From assembly GCA_963821525.1 (NCBI GenBank), contig CAWGED010000004.1, positions 288,001 through 352,000 on the forward strand: a DNA stretch of 64,000 nucleotides, given 5' to 3'. Shown here one piece after another: positions 36,065 to 46,407 of the stretch. The translations under genes were made by a program, and so were the position numbers. This stretch comes from an uncultured Gemmatimonadales bacterium (GTDB taxonomy: Bacteria > Gemmatimonadota > Gemmatimonadetes > Gemmatimonadales > GWC2-71-9). Under the pieces are notes generated by a model. The model saw only the letters and a list, made by a program, of their open reading frames with translations, searched no databases and was not told the origin of the DNA. The number at the start of each line of letters is the position of its first letter. Within the stretch, counting starts at the first letter, position 1.

Positions 36065-37196
36065 CCGGCCATGTGATGGTCAGAGTAGCATCCCGTTCGG
36101 GCGGCGGCTGTTCCGCGGGCCAATGCAGCACCAGGGAACCGGCACCCTCCACCGTCGTGTGTACCCGGGTTATCACACCGGTAAAAATCACATCTACCAC
36201 CCGAACCGGCAGCCAATGGGAACCATCGCCCGAGGTGACCGCATAAACGTGCTCCGGGCGTACGGCCAGCCAGGCCGGCTTACCCTCTTCCCACGACTTG
36301 GTCGCGGTGGCATCGAACTCGCGCCCCCCAATCGTGAGCCGGGCGGCCGAGCCGCCCAACCGCCGAGCCGCGGTCGTCTGCAGGAGATTGGTCTCACCAA
36401 TGAAATCAGCGACGTAACGGGAAACCGGCTCCTCGTACATCTCGCGTGGTCCACTCAACTGCTCGATCCGTCCGTTCCGCATCAGGGCGATGCGGTCGGA
36501 CATCGTAAGCGCCTCTTCCTGATCGTGGGTCACGTAAATGAAGGTGATCCCCAACCGCTTGTTGAGCTGTTTCAATTCGAGCTGCATCTCCTTGCGCAGC
36601 TTCAAATCGAGTGCGCCGAGCGGCTCGTCCAGCAGTAGGACCCGGGGGCGATTGACCAGGGCTCGGGCGAGCGCGACACGTTGCTGTTGCCCTCCGGAGA
36701 GTTGGCGGGGGGCCCGCTCTCCCAGATGACCGAGCTGGACCATCTGCAGCGCCTCTTCCACCCGCTTCCCGATTTCCGCTTTGGGGACTCCCCGCATGCG
36801 CAGGCCGTATCCCACGTTGTCCCGCACACTCATGTGAGGGAACAGCGCATAGGACTGGAACACGGTATTGATGTCCCGCTTGAAGGGAGGGAGCGGCGTG
36901 ATCGACGTGCCCTCCATCAGAATTTCGCCGGACGTCGGCCGCTCGAATCCGGCGATCATGCGCAGCGTCGTGGTCTTTCCCGAACCCGAAGCGCCGAGGA
37001 AGGTCAGGAACTCTCCGGCCGCGATATCGAGCGAGAGATCATCGACGGCGGTGAACGCGTCGAAGCGCTTGATGAGGTGGCGGAGCTCGAGAATGGACGG
37101 GATGATGCGGCTCAGAGCTGAAGGTTGTGGGTAGTGGGTGGTGGGTGGTGAGGGTGAAGGCCAAGGTTCCAGGACCCCACCACCTGCCACCCACAA
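36036..37196 (-). CDS. potA: Polyamine ABC ATPase (start uncertain, conserved part begins near 37100)
   Basis: [47 protein letters not shown]. Confidence 0.92.
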   Translation of the reverse strand: MWVAGGGVLEPWPSPSPPTTHYPQPSALSRIIPSILELRHLIKRFDAFTAVDDLSLDIAAGEFLTFLGASGSGKTTTLRMIAGFERPTSGEILMEGTSITPLPPFKRDINTVFQSYALFPHMSVRDNVGYGLRMRGVPKAEIGKRVEEALQMVQLGHLGERAPRQLSGGQQQRVALARALVNRPRVLLLDEPLGALDLKLRKEMQLELKQLNKRLGITFIYVTHDQEEALTMSDRIALMRNGRIEQLSGPREMYEEPVSRYVADFIGETNLLQTTAARRLGGSAARLTIGGREFDATATKSWEEGKPAWLAVRPEHVYAVTSGDGSHWLPVRVVDVIFTGVITRVHTTVEGAGSLVLHWPAEQPPPERDATLTITWPVERGRCVGD

Positions 37197-37207
37197 CCGA
37201 CTACCTA
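37123..37207. repeat. Inverted heptamer arrays (GGTDGTG / CACHACC)
   Basis: Read directly; starts at the stop of the binding-protein gene on the minus strand. Confidence 0.88.
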
Positions 37208-38383
37208 TTTCGCAGCCTTAACCTCGTTCCACACTTCCTGATACTTGTCGCGCCGAGGGCTCCACTGCCAGAAATTCACCTTGGTGCCGTACTCGGCGAT
37301 GTCGCGCTGTGTTGCCACCTGCTGGGGTGACATGTACCCCTTGGCCCCCGGGCTCGCCACGATGTAGTTGGTCACGTCGGCCATCAGCTTCTGGGTGAAG
37401 GGCTGCGAGGCGTACTCCAGCCAGGCGTATGCCGCATTGAGATTGGCGGCGCCGGAAGTGAGGACCCAGTGGTCGGCCCAGGCGGTGGTCCCCTCCTTGG
37501 GAATCACCTCTCCAGCCGGGAAGCCGGCCGCGCGCAGCTGAGCCGTCATGAGCGGCCAGCCTTCTCCCGCCACGATTTCTCCGCTCTGGAAGAGCTGCGT
37601 CATATCGCCGGCGGTGGCCCAATACTTCCGGACGTTGGGCTTGAGCTCGAGTGCCTTCGCCTTGACCTTGGCCAGGTCCTCGTCGGAGAGATTGTACAGT
37701 TTGCTCCGATCGTTCGGATCATCGAGGCCCAGTGTCTGGGCAACCATCCAAAGCGTCGCGATATCATCCTGCAGCGACAGCTTGCCGCGATACTTCTTGT
37801 CCCACAGGTCGGACCAGGAAGCCGGAGCGGATTTGACCTTCGCAGTGTCGTAGATCAACGGGTTGGGGCCGAACGCCCAGGGCAGACCGTAGACCAGCGA
37901 GTCCTTGCGCGCCATGGTCAGGCCACGGAAGCTGGCCATGAGGTCGCTGTAGCTGGGGAGCCGCTTCATATCGAGCGGCTGGGCGAGGTTCGCCTCGATG
38001 ATCTGGGTGATCGCGTCGCTCGAAGGAGAGACGAGGTCGATGGTCTGCGCCCCGCCGGCCCGAAGCTTGGCGACCAACTCGTCGCTCGACTGCATGTAGG
38101 TGGCATTCACTTTGACGCCGCAGGCATCTTCGAACGGCTTGGCGAACAGCGTGTCGGTGTAGCCTTCCCACACCATGAAGTTGAGCTCGCCGCCGATCGG
38201 CTTGGGACACAACTTGGCAAGATAGGTCTTCGCGTCGGCGCGCGCGTCCGAGGTGGGCGTGATGGTGATCTTCTCGACGGCCCCGCTGGCCCCGCCGCCG
38301 GCCTTTTCGCCGCCGCACGCCAGTCCGGCTGCAACGGCGCCGAGCAGCAAGGAGCGAAGCACGCTCGAACGGACTCCTCTCAT
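37205..38383 (-). CDS. PotD/PotF-like periplasmic binding lipoprotein
   Basis: GLAC lipobox; [14 protein letters not shown]; first gene of the ABC operon. Confidence 0.85.
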   Translation of the reverse strand: MRGVRSSVLRSLLLGAVAAGLACGGEKAGGGASGAVEKITITPTSDARADAKTYLAKLCPKPIGGELNFMVWEGYTDTLFAKPFEDACGVKVNATYMQSSDELVAKLRAGGAQTIDLVSPSSDAITQIIEANLAQPLDMKRLPSYSDLMASFRGLTMARKDSLVYGLPWAFGPNPLIYDTAKVKSAPASWSDLWDKKYRGKLSLQDDIATLWMVAQTLGLDDPNDRSKLYNLSDEDLAKVKAKALELKPNVRKYWATAGDMTQLFQSGEIVAGEGWPLMTAQLRAAGFPAGEVIPKEGTTAWADHWVLTSGAANLNAAYAWLEYASQPFTQKLMADVTNYIVASPGAKGYMSPQQVATQRDIAEYGTKVNFWQWSPRRDKYQEVWNEVKAAK

Positions 38384-38552
38384 GATATGACCTCGAAGTG
38401 CATAGGTGGGACCGCTGAAGCGATGGTGGTAACGCAGAGAACCTACAGTGCAGCACTTGAATGGGAAGGCCGGGATCGCCCCTACCCTCGACATTTCACA
38501 GGGCGACGGCTAAGCTCGGCGTTCCAGCCTCTCGCAGCGTGCGGAGCCTCCG

Positions 38553-39905
38553 ATGCCCCCCGTGATTGATCTCAAGACGGCCATTCCCGGCCCCAAGAGC
38601 CAGGCCCTGAACGCCCGCCGTGCCAAGGCAGTTCCCCGCGGCGTGCCTTCAACTACACCGCTTGCCGTAGTCCACGCAGAGAACGCCGTTTTAACCGACG
38701 CGGACGGGAACCGGCTGATCGACTTCGGTGGCGGCATCGGTGTGGTGAACGCCGGCCACCGGAATCCCCGGGTGGTCGAAGCGGTCCGGCAGCAGCTGGA
38801 TCACTTTACTCACGTCTGCTTTCCGGTCTCCACCTACGAGCCTTACGTGGAGCTGGCCGAGAAGCTCAACGCGCTCACCCCCGGGGGACACGAGAAGCGC
38901 ACCTTCTTCGTGAACAGCGGGGCGGAGGCGGTGGAGAATGCCGTGAAGGCGGCCCGCCATTTCACCGGCCGCCAGGCGATCGTCTGTTTCGAGCACGCCT
39001 TCCATGGGCGCACCTATCTCGCCATGGCACTCACTTCGAAGGTGATGCCGTACAAGAAGGGCTTCGGGCCGTTCGCGCCCGAGGTTTACCGGATGCCGTT
39101 TCCCTACTGCTACCGCTGTGCACAGGGCGGACAGGGCGGGAAGGGTGGAGGTGGCTCGTGCTGCATGGCGAGCCGCGAATACCTGGAGCAACAGTTCGCG
39201 GCGATGGTGGACCCGCAGTCGGTCGCGGCGATCATCATGGAGCTGGAGCTGGGCGAAGGCGGCTTCGTTCCGGCACCGCCCGAATTCGTAAAGACCCTCG
39301 CGGCTTTCGCGAAGGATCACGGAATCCTGTTTATCGCCGACGAGATTCAGACCGGATTCGGGCGCACTGGGAAGATGTTCGCCAGCGAACACTACGGTCT
39401 GGTGCCCGATCTGATGACGACGGCCAAGTCATTGGCGGGCGGGTTGCCGCTCGCCGCGGTCACCGGCCGGGCCGACGTTCTTGAGTCGGCGCAGCCGGGT
39501 GGGCTGGGCGGTACCTATGGTGGGAACCCGCTGGCCTGCGCGGCAGCGCTCGCGGTACTCGACGCCATGAAGGAAGATCGGCTGGCCGAGCGCGGGGCGA
39601 AGATCGGAGAGCGAATTCGTGTCCGCTTCCAGAAATGGGCAGATCGCTTCCCCCAGGTAGGCGACGTCCGGGGACTCGGCGGAATGATCGCGGTGGAGCT
39701 GGTCACCGACCGGACAACCAAGGCCCCCGCCAAGGAGTTGACCGGCAAGCTCCTCGCGGAGGCACTCAAGCGCGGTGTGATCCTGCTCTCCGCCGGCACG
39801 CTGGGGAACGTGGTGCGAGTGCTGGTCCCGCTCACGGTAGAGGACGCGGTACTGGATGAAGGGCTGGATGCGATGGAGCGGGCGCTCGAGGTGGTGGTGG
39901 GGTGA
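38553..39905 (+). CDS. gabT: 4-aminobutyrate aminotransferase
   Basis: DFGGGIGV, NSGAEAVENAVK, FHGRT, DEIQTGFGRTG, AKSLAGG, GGLGGTYGGNP. Confidence 0.9.
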   Translation: MPPVIDLKTAIPGPKSQALNARRAKAVPRGVPSTTPLAVVHAENAVLTDADGNRLIDFGGGIGVVNAGHRNPRVVEAVRQQLDHFTHVCFPVSTYEPYVELAEKLNALTPGGHEKRTFFVNSGAEAVENAVKAARHFTGRQAIVCFEHAFHGRTYLAMALTSKVMPYKKGFGPFAPEVYRMPFPYCYRCAQGGQGGKGGGGSCCMASREYLEQQFAAMVDPQSVAAIIMELELGEGGFVPAPPEFVKTLAAFAKDHGILFIADEIQTGFGRTGKMFASEHYGLVPDLMTTAKSLAGGLPLAAVTGRADVLESAQPGGLGGTYGGNPLACAAALAVLDAMKEDRLAERGAKIGERIRVRFQKWADRFPQVGDVRGLGGMIAVELVTDRTTKAPAKELTGKLLAEALKRGVILLSAGTLGNVVRVLVPLTVEDAVLDEGLDAMERALEVVVG

Positions 39906-40025
39906 TCGTCGATGGTCGATAGTCGATGGTCGATGGCCGCGAGTCTTGAGTCGCGATTCCATTAACTCTCGGCCACCCTCCAAGCCTGACGACCCGAGAC
40001 CATCGACCATCGACCATTGACCATG
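39903..40025. repeat. Inverted heptamer arrays (CGATGGT / GACCATC) running from the gabT stop to the next ATG
   Basis: TGATCGT CGATGGT CGATAGT CGATGGT CGATGGC ... GACCATC GACCATC GACCATT GACCATG. Confidence 0.95.
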
Positions 40026-41371
40026 CTCGACCGCACCCGTCTCGTCCGCCAGTACGCTCTCGAACAGCAGCGCTTCCTCGACACTCATCCCCGTTCGAGG
40101 GCCCTCTACGATCGCGCCCAGAGATCGCTGCTCGAGGGCGTCCCGATGCACTGGATGAAGAAATGGGCGGGCGGATTCCCCGTGTTCGTGGCGTCCGCGC
40201 GAAGGCGCATATCTCACCGACGTCGATGGCCTCCGATATCTCGATCTGTGTTTGGGAGACACCGGTGCCATGACCGGTCACGCGCCGCCGGACACCCTCG
40301 AGGCGATCCGTCGCCAGGCGGCGCGCGGGATCACCACCATGCTTCCGACGGAGGACTCGCTCTGGGTGGCGGAGGAGCTGGGACGCCGCTTCGGTCTCCC
40401 CCACTGGCAGTTCGCACTCAGCGCCACGGATGCCAATCGCTTCGCGATCCGGCTCGCACGAATGATCACCGGTCGGCCCAAGATCCTGGTTTTCAATTGG
40501 TGTTATCACGGCACGGTGGACGAAACCCTGGTCATCCTGCAGGATGGCGTTCCCCAAATGCGGCCGGGCAACATCGGTCCGGCGGTCAATCCGGTGGAGA
40601 CCACCAGGGTGGTCGAGTTCAATGATCTCCCGGCGCTCGCGGAGGCGTTGTCGCACGGTGACGTAGCGTGCATTCTGGCCGAGCCCGCGATGACCAACAT
40701 CGGGATCATCCACCCCGATCCCGGATTTCTTGCCGCCATGAGCGATCTTGCCGCAAGGACCGGCACGCTGGTCGTCATCGACGAGACCCATACCCTCTGT
40801 GCCGGACCCGGTGGCTGCACGGCCGCGATGAATCTCCATCCCGATTTCGTCACGGTCGGGAAGGCGATCGGAGCCGGGGTTCCCGGCGCCGCCTACGGCT
40901 TCAGCGCGAAGGTCGCGAAGGCCCTGGAGTCGCGCATTCCAGTCTCCGACTGCGATACCGGCGGGATAGGCGGCACGCTCGCCGGCAACTCACTTTCTCT
41001 GGCGGCGATGCGCGCGACGTTGGAGCGGGTGCTTACGCCGGAGAGTTACCGGCAGACCATCCCGATGGCGGACCGGTTCCGCTCCGGAGTCGAATCAGTG
41101 ATCGCCGAGTATGCGCTGCCCTGGATCGTGAAGCAGCTGGGGTGCCGTGCGGAATATTGGTTTCGTCCGGCGCCCCCGCGGAACGGGGGCGAAGCGGCCG
41201 CGGCTGTGGATGTGGAGCTGGACCGCTACATGCACCTGGCGGCGCTCAATCGCGGCCATCCTGCTTACGCCGTTTCACAACATGGCGCTGATCGCACCGT
41301 CGGTGACCGAGGCGGACATCGACCGTCACACGGCGGTCTTCCGGGAATCGGTCGAGGCCCTGGTCGGATGA
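40023..41371 (+). CDS. Class III aminotransferase (GSA-aminomutase-like), frameshifts near 40200 and 41258
   Basis: GVPMHWM, GDTGAMTGH, SATDANRF, CYHG, IDETH, VGKAIG, GGTLAGN; C-terminus LLTPFHNMAL in another frame. Confidence 0.85.
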
Positions 41372-42621
41372 ATCTGTGGACCGCCACTACCGCCCCGCTC
41401 AACATCACGTCACTAGCGAGCCCGCCGGAACGTGCCGACGTGGCGATCGTGGGCGGCGGCTACACTGGAATGTCGGCGGCTCGCAGCCTGGCGAGCCACG
41501 GTGCGGACGTTGTCGTGCTGGAGCAGGAGACTTTGGGCTGGGGAGCCAGCTCGCGGAATGGCGGGTTCGTGTTGCCCGGCTACAAGGCCGAAGTTGCCGC
41601 TCTCGCCAGGCGGTTCGGCCTCGAGCGGGCCCGCGCGCTCTGGCGATTCTCGCTCGACGCGGTGGATTTCGTCGAGCGGGTGATCGCCCAGGAGCACATC
41701 GAGTGTGATTTCAGGCGCTGCGGCCACGTCGCACTCGCCGCGCGACCTTCGCACGTCAAGGAACTCGAACGAGAGCGCCTCCTGCTGCAGGAGCGCTTTG
41801 GCCACGATACCGTCTTGCTGGATCGCGCGCAGGTTCGCCAGGAGATCGGCTCATCCCGTTACTACGGCGGCCTGCTGGATCCCGCAGCCGGGGGGCTGCA
41901 GCCCGCTGCCTACTTCGCAGGTCTCGCTCGTGCCGCGGTACGAGCCGGTGCCAGGACGGTCGAGCGCTGTGAGGTGCGGAGAATCCGCCGGCAGGGCGAC
42001 GGGTTCGAGCTCGACACGGCGCGGGGAGTGGTGCGGTCGCGCGAGGTACTGGTCGCGACGAACGGGTATGGAGGCCGCGTGCTACCCGACTTGGCCCGCC
42101 GGGTGATTCCCATCGGCAGTTTCATCATCGCGACCGTGCCGCTGGAGGAAGAGATTGCGCTCCGCCTGGTGCCTCGTGGTCGAGTGCTGAGCGATACCAA
42201 GAACCTGCTGTACTATTTCCGGGTTTGGAACCGCCGCCTGGTGTTCGGCGGTCGCGCATCCTTCGCCGCCGATGCGGAGCGGCAGAGCCGGAACATCCTC
42301 CGGCGAGGGATCGAAGAGGTCTATCCCGAGATTGCGCACGCCCCGATCGAGTATTCCTGGGGCGGCCAACTGGGTTTCGCTCTGGACTATCTGCCGCACG
42401 CCGGCACCTTCCAAGGGGTGCACTACGCCCTGGCCTACGCCGGCCACGGCGTCGCCCTCGCCAGTTATCTAGGACATCGGATGGGGGAGCTGCTGGCGGG
42501 CAAGGGAGAACGACCTCCGATCTGGGGCCTCCCCTTTCCAGCGGTTCCGCTCTATCACGGAAGGCCCTGGTTCCTGCCGATTGCGGGGGCGTACTTCAGG
42601 TTGCGGGATTGGGTGGGGTGA
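41368..42621 (+). CDS. FAD-dependent amine oxidoreductase (PuuB/DadA family)
   Basis: ATGA overlap; DVAIVGGGYTG, GASSRNGG, LVATNGY, YAGHGV. Confidence 0.88.
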   Translation: MNLWTATTAPLNITSLASPPERADVAIVGGGYTGMSAARSLASHGADVVVLEQETLGWGASSRNGGFVLPGYKAEVAALARRFGLERARALWRFSLDAVDFVERVIAQEHIECDFRRCGHVALAARPSHVKELERERLLLQERFGHDTVLLDRAQVRQEIGSSRYYGGLLDPAAGGLQPAAYFAGLARAAVRAGARTVERCEVRRIRRQGDGFELDTARGVVRSREVLVATNGYGGRVLPDLARRVIPIGSFIIATVPLEEEIALRLVPRGRVLSDTKNLLYYFRVWNRRLVFGGRASFAADAERQSRNILRRGIEEVYPEIAHAPIEYSWGGQLGFALDYLPHAGTFQGVHYALAYAGHGVALASYLGHRMGELLAGKGERPPIWGLPFPAVPLYHGRPWFLPIAGAYFRLRDWVG

Positions 42622-42628
42622 GCGGATT

Positions 42629-42656
42629 AGCCGTCAGCCATAAGCCACAGGCCTTG
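42629..42656 (+). repeat. Single degenerate heptamer array AGCCNNN x4
   Basis: AGCCGTC AGCCATA AGCCACA GGCCTTG. Confidence 0.6.
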
Positions 42657-42685
42657 AGGGCGGATTTTTCTCCATAGGGAATTCA

Positions 42686-43821
42686 TTGAGCGCACTTCGC
42701 GACGTGAAAGACCTGATCGAAGACCTCGAGCGAGGCGGGATTTCGCGCCGCGAGTTCGTGACACGCGCCGCGGCATTTGGACTGGGTCTCGGTGCGATCG
42801 GTGGCCTGCTTACCGCTTGTCGGGGATCCGGGAAGGGAGCTCACGGCGAAAGCCCCGAATTGGGACCGATCGAGAAAGAGCTGAGCATCTACAACTGGTC
42901 CGACTACATCGCCGAGGGAGACCGTTCCCAACTTCGAGAAGGAATTCGGCGTCAAGGTCACCTACGAGCAGTACGAGAGCAACGAGGAAATGCTGGCTCG
43001 CCTCGAGAGCGGGCAAGCCGGCTACGACATCATAGTGCCGTCCGGCTATGTCGTACCCGTTCTCCTGGCCAAGGGCCTCATCGCCCCGATCAACCAGAAT
43101 TTCCTTACCAACTGGACCAACGTCGCGCCAATCTTCCTCGATCCTCCGTTCGATCCCGACAATGCCCACACCGTGCCCTGGCAATGGGGGACCACCGGTC
43201 TGGCCTATCGGACCGACAAGATCAACCCTCCTCCCGATAGCTGGGCCGCATTCCTCGATCCGAAGTTGAAGGGCAGGATGACCCAGATGGACGACGAACG
43301 CGAGGTCATCGGCGCGTGGCTCCACTACCGGGGGCATTCCCTCAATTCGACCGAACCCGGAGACCTCGCGGCGGCCAAGGCGGATGCCATCTCGGCCAGA
43401 GCCAATCTCAAGGGCTACATCTCCGCACCGGTCAAGGAGCAACTGATTTCGGGTGAGGTATGGCTCGCCCAACTGTGGAACGGCGATACAGCGCAGGCGC
43501 GGGCAAAGCAGCCCAATCTGGACTACCGGCTCCCCAAGGAAGGGGGCACGATCTGGACCGATAACCTGGCCCTTACCAGCTCTGCCCTACACAAGCGGGC
43601 GGCGCATGAGTTCATGAACTACGTCCTTCGGCCGGAAGTGGGTGCCGCCATCTCAAACTTCACCGGCTACGGAACGCCTAACCAGGGTGCCATGGAGAAG
43701 ATGACCAACCCAGTCCCGTTCCCGACGGCGGACGAGATGAAGCGCCTCGAATATCAGAAGGACCTGGGTGACGGCGGCTGCGCTCTGGGATCAGATCTGG
43801 AGTGAGATCAAGAACGCATAG
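42686..43821 (+). CDS. PotD/PotF binding protein with Tat-lipoprotein signal, frameshifts near 42920 and 43775
   Basis: SRREFV..LTAC; LSIYNWSDYI; YDIIVPSGY; WGTTG; WNGD; PKEGGTIWTD. Confidence 0.88.
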
Positions 43822-43835
43822 CAGGGGAGGATCGA

Positions 43836-45186
43836 GTGCGGTTGCCCGACAGTGAGGTCCTGAAGCAGAGCGAGCGCTACCTCCGGCTTATCGGCGGGGC
43901 GGAAATGTCATTGGAGGAAAAGCAGGCCTTCATCACCGAGACGGTGGAGGCCTACGAGCAGTACGTCAACCGCGGGTTCATCGGCTACCGCAAGTCGGTC
44001 ACCGAGGCCGGACAGTTCGCGGCGCTGGAATGGTCGGGCCAGGGTTCCTTTGCTGCGGGATCTCCTCGGCCGGGAATACATCGACTGCCTGGGCGGGTAC
44101 GGCATCTTCAGCGCGGGGATCAACCACCCGAAGATCGTGAAGGCGGTGACCGACCAGATGCAGCGGATGGCGCTCAACAGCCAGGAGCTGCTGGAGCCGT
44201 GGCGGGCCGCACTCGCCCGGTTGCTCTCGGCGGTTACTCCCGGACGACTCCAGAACTGCTTCTTCATCAACAACGGAACCGATGCCATCGAAGGCGCGAT
44301 CAAGCTGGCCCGCCTTCACACTCGGCGAAATACTTTCGTCTCCACGCTGGGCGGCTTCCACGGCAAGTCGATGGGCTCGCTGTCGCTGATGGGAAAGGCC
44401 TCATTCCGGGAGCCGTTCCTGGGCGGTCTGCAGGACGTACGCTTCGTGCCCTACGGCGACGCCGAGGCGCTCGAAGCCGAGCTGGCCAAGGCGGAGCAGG
44501 TCGGCACGCCAATCGCGGCGTTCGTGGTCGAGCCGGTGCAGGGAGAGGCAGGCGGCGTGGTTCCTCCTGACGATTACCTGCCGCGGGTGCGCGATCTCTG
44601 TACCCGCTTCGGTACTCTCATGGTCGCCGACGAGATCCAGACCGGTATGGGTCGCACCGGCCGGCTCTGGGGTGTGGACCACTGGGACGTCCAGCCCGAC
44701 ATCCTCTGCGTCGGCAAGTCGATCGGCGGCGGCGTCATGCCGCTTTCCGCGTTCATCTCGACTCCCGAGATCTGGGAGGTGCTGATCCCCAATCCGATCA
44801 TCCACTCGACGACTTTCGGAGGGAATCCGATTGCCTGTGCGGCGGGAATCGCTGCGATCCAGGTGACGTTGGAGGAAGATCTGCCCGGCCAGGCCGCGAT
44901 GAAGGGAGACTTCCTCCTCGCCGAGCTGCGCGGGCTGATGCAGCGATTCCCCCAGATTCTGAGCGACGTCCACGGCAAGGGCCTGTTGATCGGAATGGAA
45001 TTCCACAGCGATCCGATCGGCTGGAAGTGCGCCTCCGGTCTGTTCAAGCGGGGCGTGCTGGTGGCCGGCACCTACTCCAAGGCCCGCACGATCCGAATCG
45101 AACCGGCCCTGGGCATCCCGATGGATCTGCTGAAGGAGATGCTGGGGAGGTTGGAGGACACGTTGAAGGAGATGGAAAAAGCGTGA
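43836..45186 (+). CDS. patA: Putrescine aminotransferase, frameshift near 44050
   Basis: YVNRGFIGYRKSVT, IDCLGGYG, FHGKSMG, EPVQGEAG, DEIQTGMGRTG, HSTTFGGNP, TIRIEP. Confidence 0.88.
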
Positions 45187-45304
45187 GACGTGAGACGTGA
45201 GACGTAAGAAAGAGAAGGGGTGGTTGAGCCGGTGATGCCGGCCCGCCACCCCTTCTCACCTCTTACTTCTCACGTCTTACTTCTCACTTCTCACTTCTTT
45301 TCTA
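45183..45304. repeat. Inverted heptamer arrays (GTGAGAC / TTCTCAC) extending a central hairpin between convergent genes
   Basis: Runs from the patA TGA to the CTA of the opposite gene; core GAGAAGGGGTGG..CCACCCCTTCTC. Confidence 0.93.
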
Positions 45305-46156
45305 CTCCGCCGCTTCCTCGCTGCCGCCGAAATCGTGGCCCCAGCTGATAGTGGCGCCGAACCAGATTTTGGTGTCTTCCTGGTTCACGCCCGTGGGTCC
45401 ACTAGTGGTCTTCGTGATCTTGGTGAACTCGTCGTTGTTGACCACGAAGTGGAACGCTGGGTTGATTGACAGCGGCCCCGCCGAGAAAGGCAAGCTCAGC
45501 GAGAAGTCGAGGTGAGTAAGACCGCTCTCGTTGAAGTTGGCCAGCTCCGACGGGTCGCTGTCGTTGATTTCCTGTCCGGCACTGAAGCCGGCCAGCGCAC
45601 CGATGGTGAGGGGCAGCTCGGCGGACAGGGGAATGCCGTGTGAAACACTCGCCTCGATGTAGGCGCCCTTGATCTTGTCCACGTCGTAATAGATCGAGAG
45701 CTTGGGACTCAGGAAGACGTCAGCCGCAAACTTACCGTAGATTTCGACGGTGTTGTTGTCCTCAGTCAGCCCGCCATCGTTGGGATAGATGTAGCCCGTA
45801 GCACCCGGCGTGAGGGTGACTTTTCCGACCGGGATGCCCAGTTCAAGCCACCAGTCGAATTCCGTCAGATCAGGACCGGCCAAACCACCGCCCTCACTGA
45901 TGTTGTCCGGCACCTCGTCGTACTTGCTGGGCTCGATGTTGGCCCACCCGCCGCCGGTCACCCCAATCGATCCAATCGGGACAGTCAGGTATAAGTCCGG
46001 CTGGATGACGAACTTGTTGGTCAGCGACAACCCACGCCAAACGTAGGCGCTGTTGAATGCAGCGTCTGCGCCGAGCGTCACTTGGGCCGTGGCGGTACTC
46101 GCCAGCCCAAGGGCCAGGCCGAGGACGGCCCCTCCGACGATGAACGAGCGTCTCAT
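45302..46156 (-). CDS. Outer-membrane beta-barrel protein (TorF/Gcw_chp-like)
   Basis: Signal peptide; SAYVWRGLSL, EFDW, GATGYIYP, C-terminal WFGATISW. Confidence 0.7.
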   Translation of the reverse strand: MRRSFIVGGAVLGLALGLASTATAQVTLGADAAFNSAYVWRGLSLTNKFVIQPDLYLTVPIGSIGVTGGGWANIEPSKYDEVPDNISEGGGLAGPDLTEFDWWLELGIPVGKVTLTPGATGYIYPNDGGLTEDNNTVEIYGKFAADVFLSPKLSIYYDVDKIKGAYIEASVSHGIPLSAELPLTIGALAGFSAGQEINDSDPSELANFNESGLTHLDFSLSLPFSAGPLSINPAFHFVVNNDEFTKITKTTSGPTGVNQEDTKIWFGATISWGHDFGGSEEAAE

Positions 46157-46176
46157 GTGGTCTCCTCAAGGAAGTG

Positions 46177-46300
46177 AACAAAGAACCGGCCCGCCCTCAC
46201 CCGAGCGGACCGGCGTCGGACCTTGGTCCGGGACCTGACATACGCCGCCCGTCGGGTTTAGCCGAACGGATAGAGAAAGATTGCCTTTCGATTGTCAGGT
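46177..46300 (-). ncRNA. Candidate cis-regulatory leader RNA (three-way junction + terminator)
   Basis: P1 ACCTGACA/TGTCAGGT encloses two hairpins; GC-rich terminator with TTCTTTGTT tail before the RBS. Confidence 0.55.
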
Positions 46301-46407
46301 AAGGACATAGCGCTATATACCGGGGGCGCTTGAGCCTGTCAAGCAACGGGGAACGAGGCTGTTGGCAGGTTGACTAACCGAGTGCCAAACCCCACGTTGA
46401 GCCATCC

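Noticed and set aside
40252..42621. 789-aa aminotransferase-oxidase fusion
   Set aside because: Artefact of an indel near 41258; the true C-terminus is in another frame and ends in an ATGA overlap at 41368-41371
46233..46300. c-di-GMP-I or c-di-AMP riboswitch assignment
   Set aside because: Only short look-alike words (GGCAA, GCTAA); the required core elements are missing
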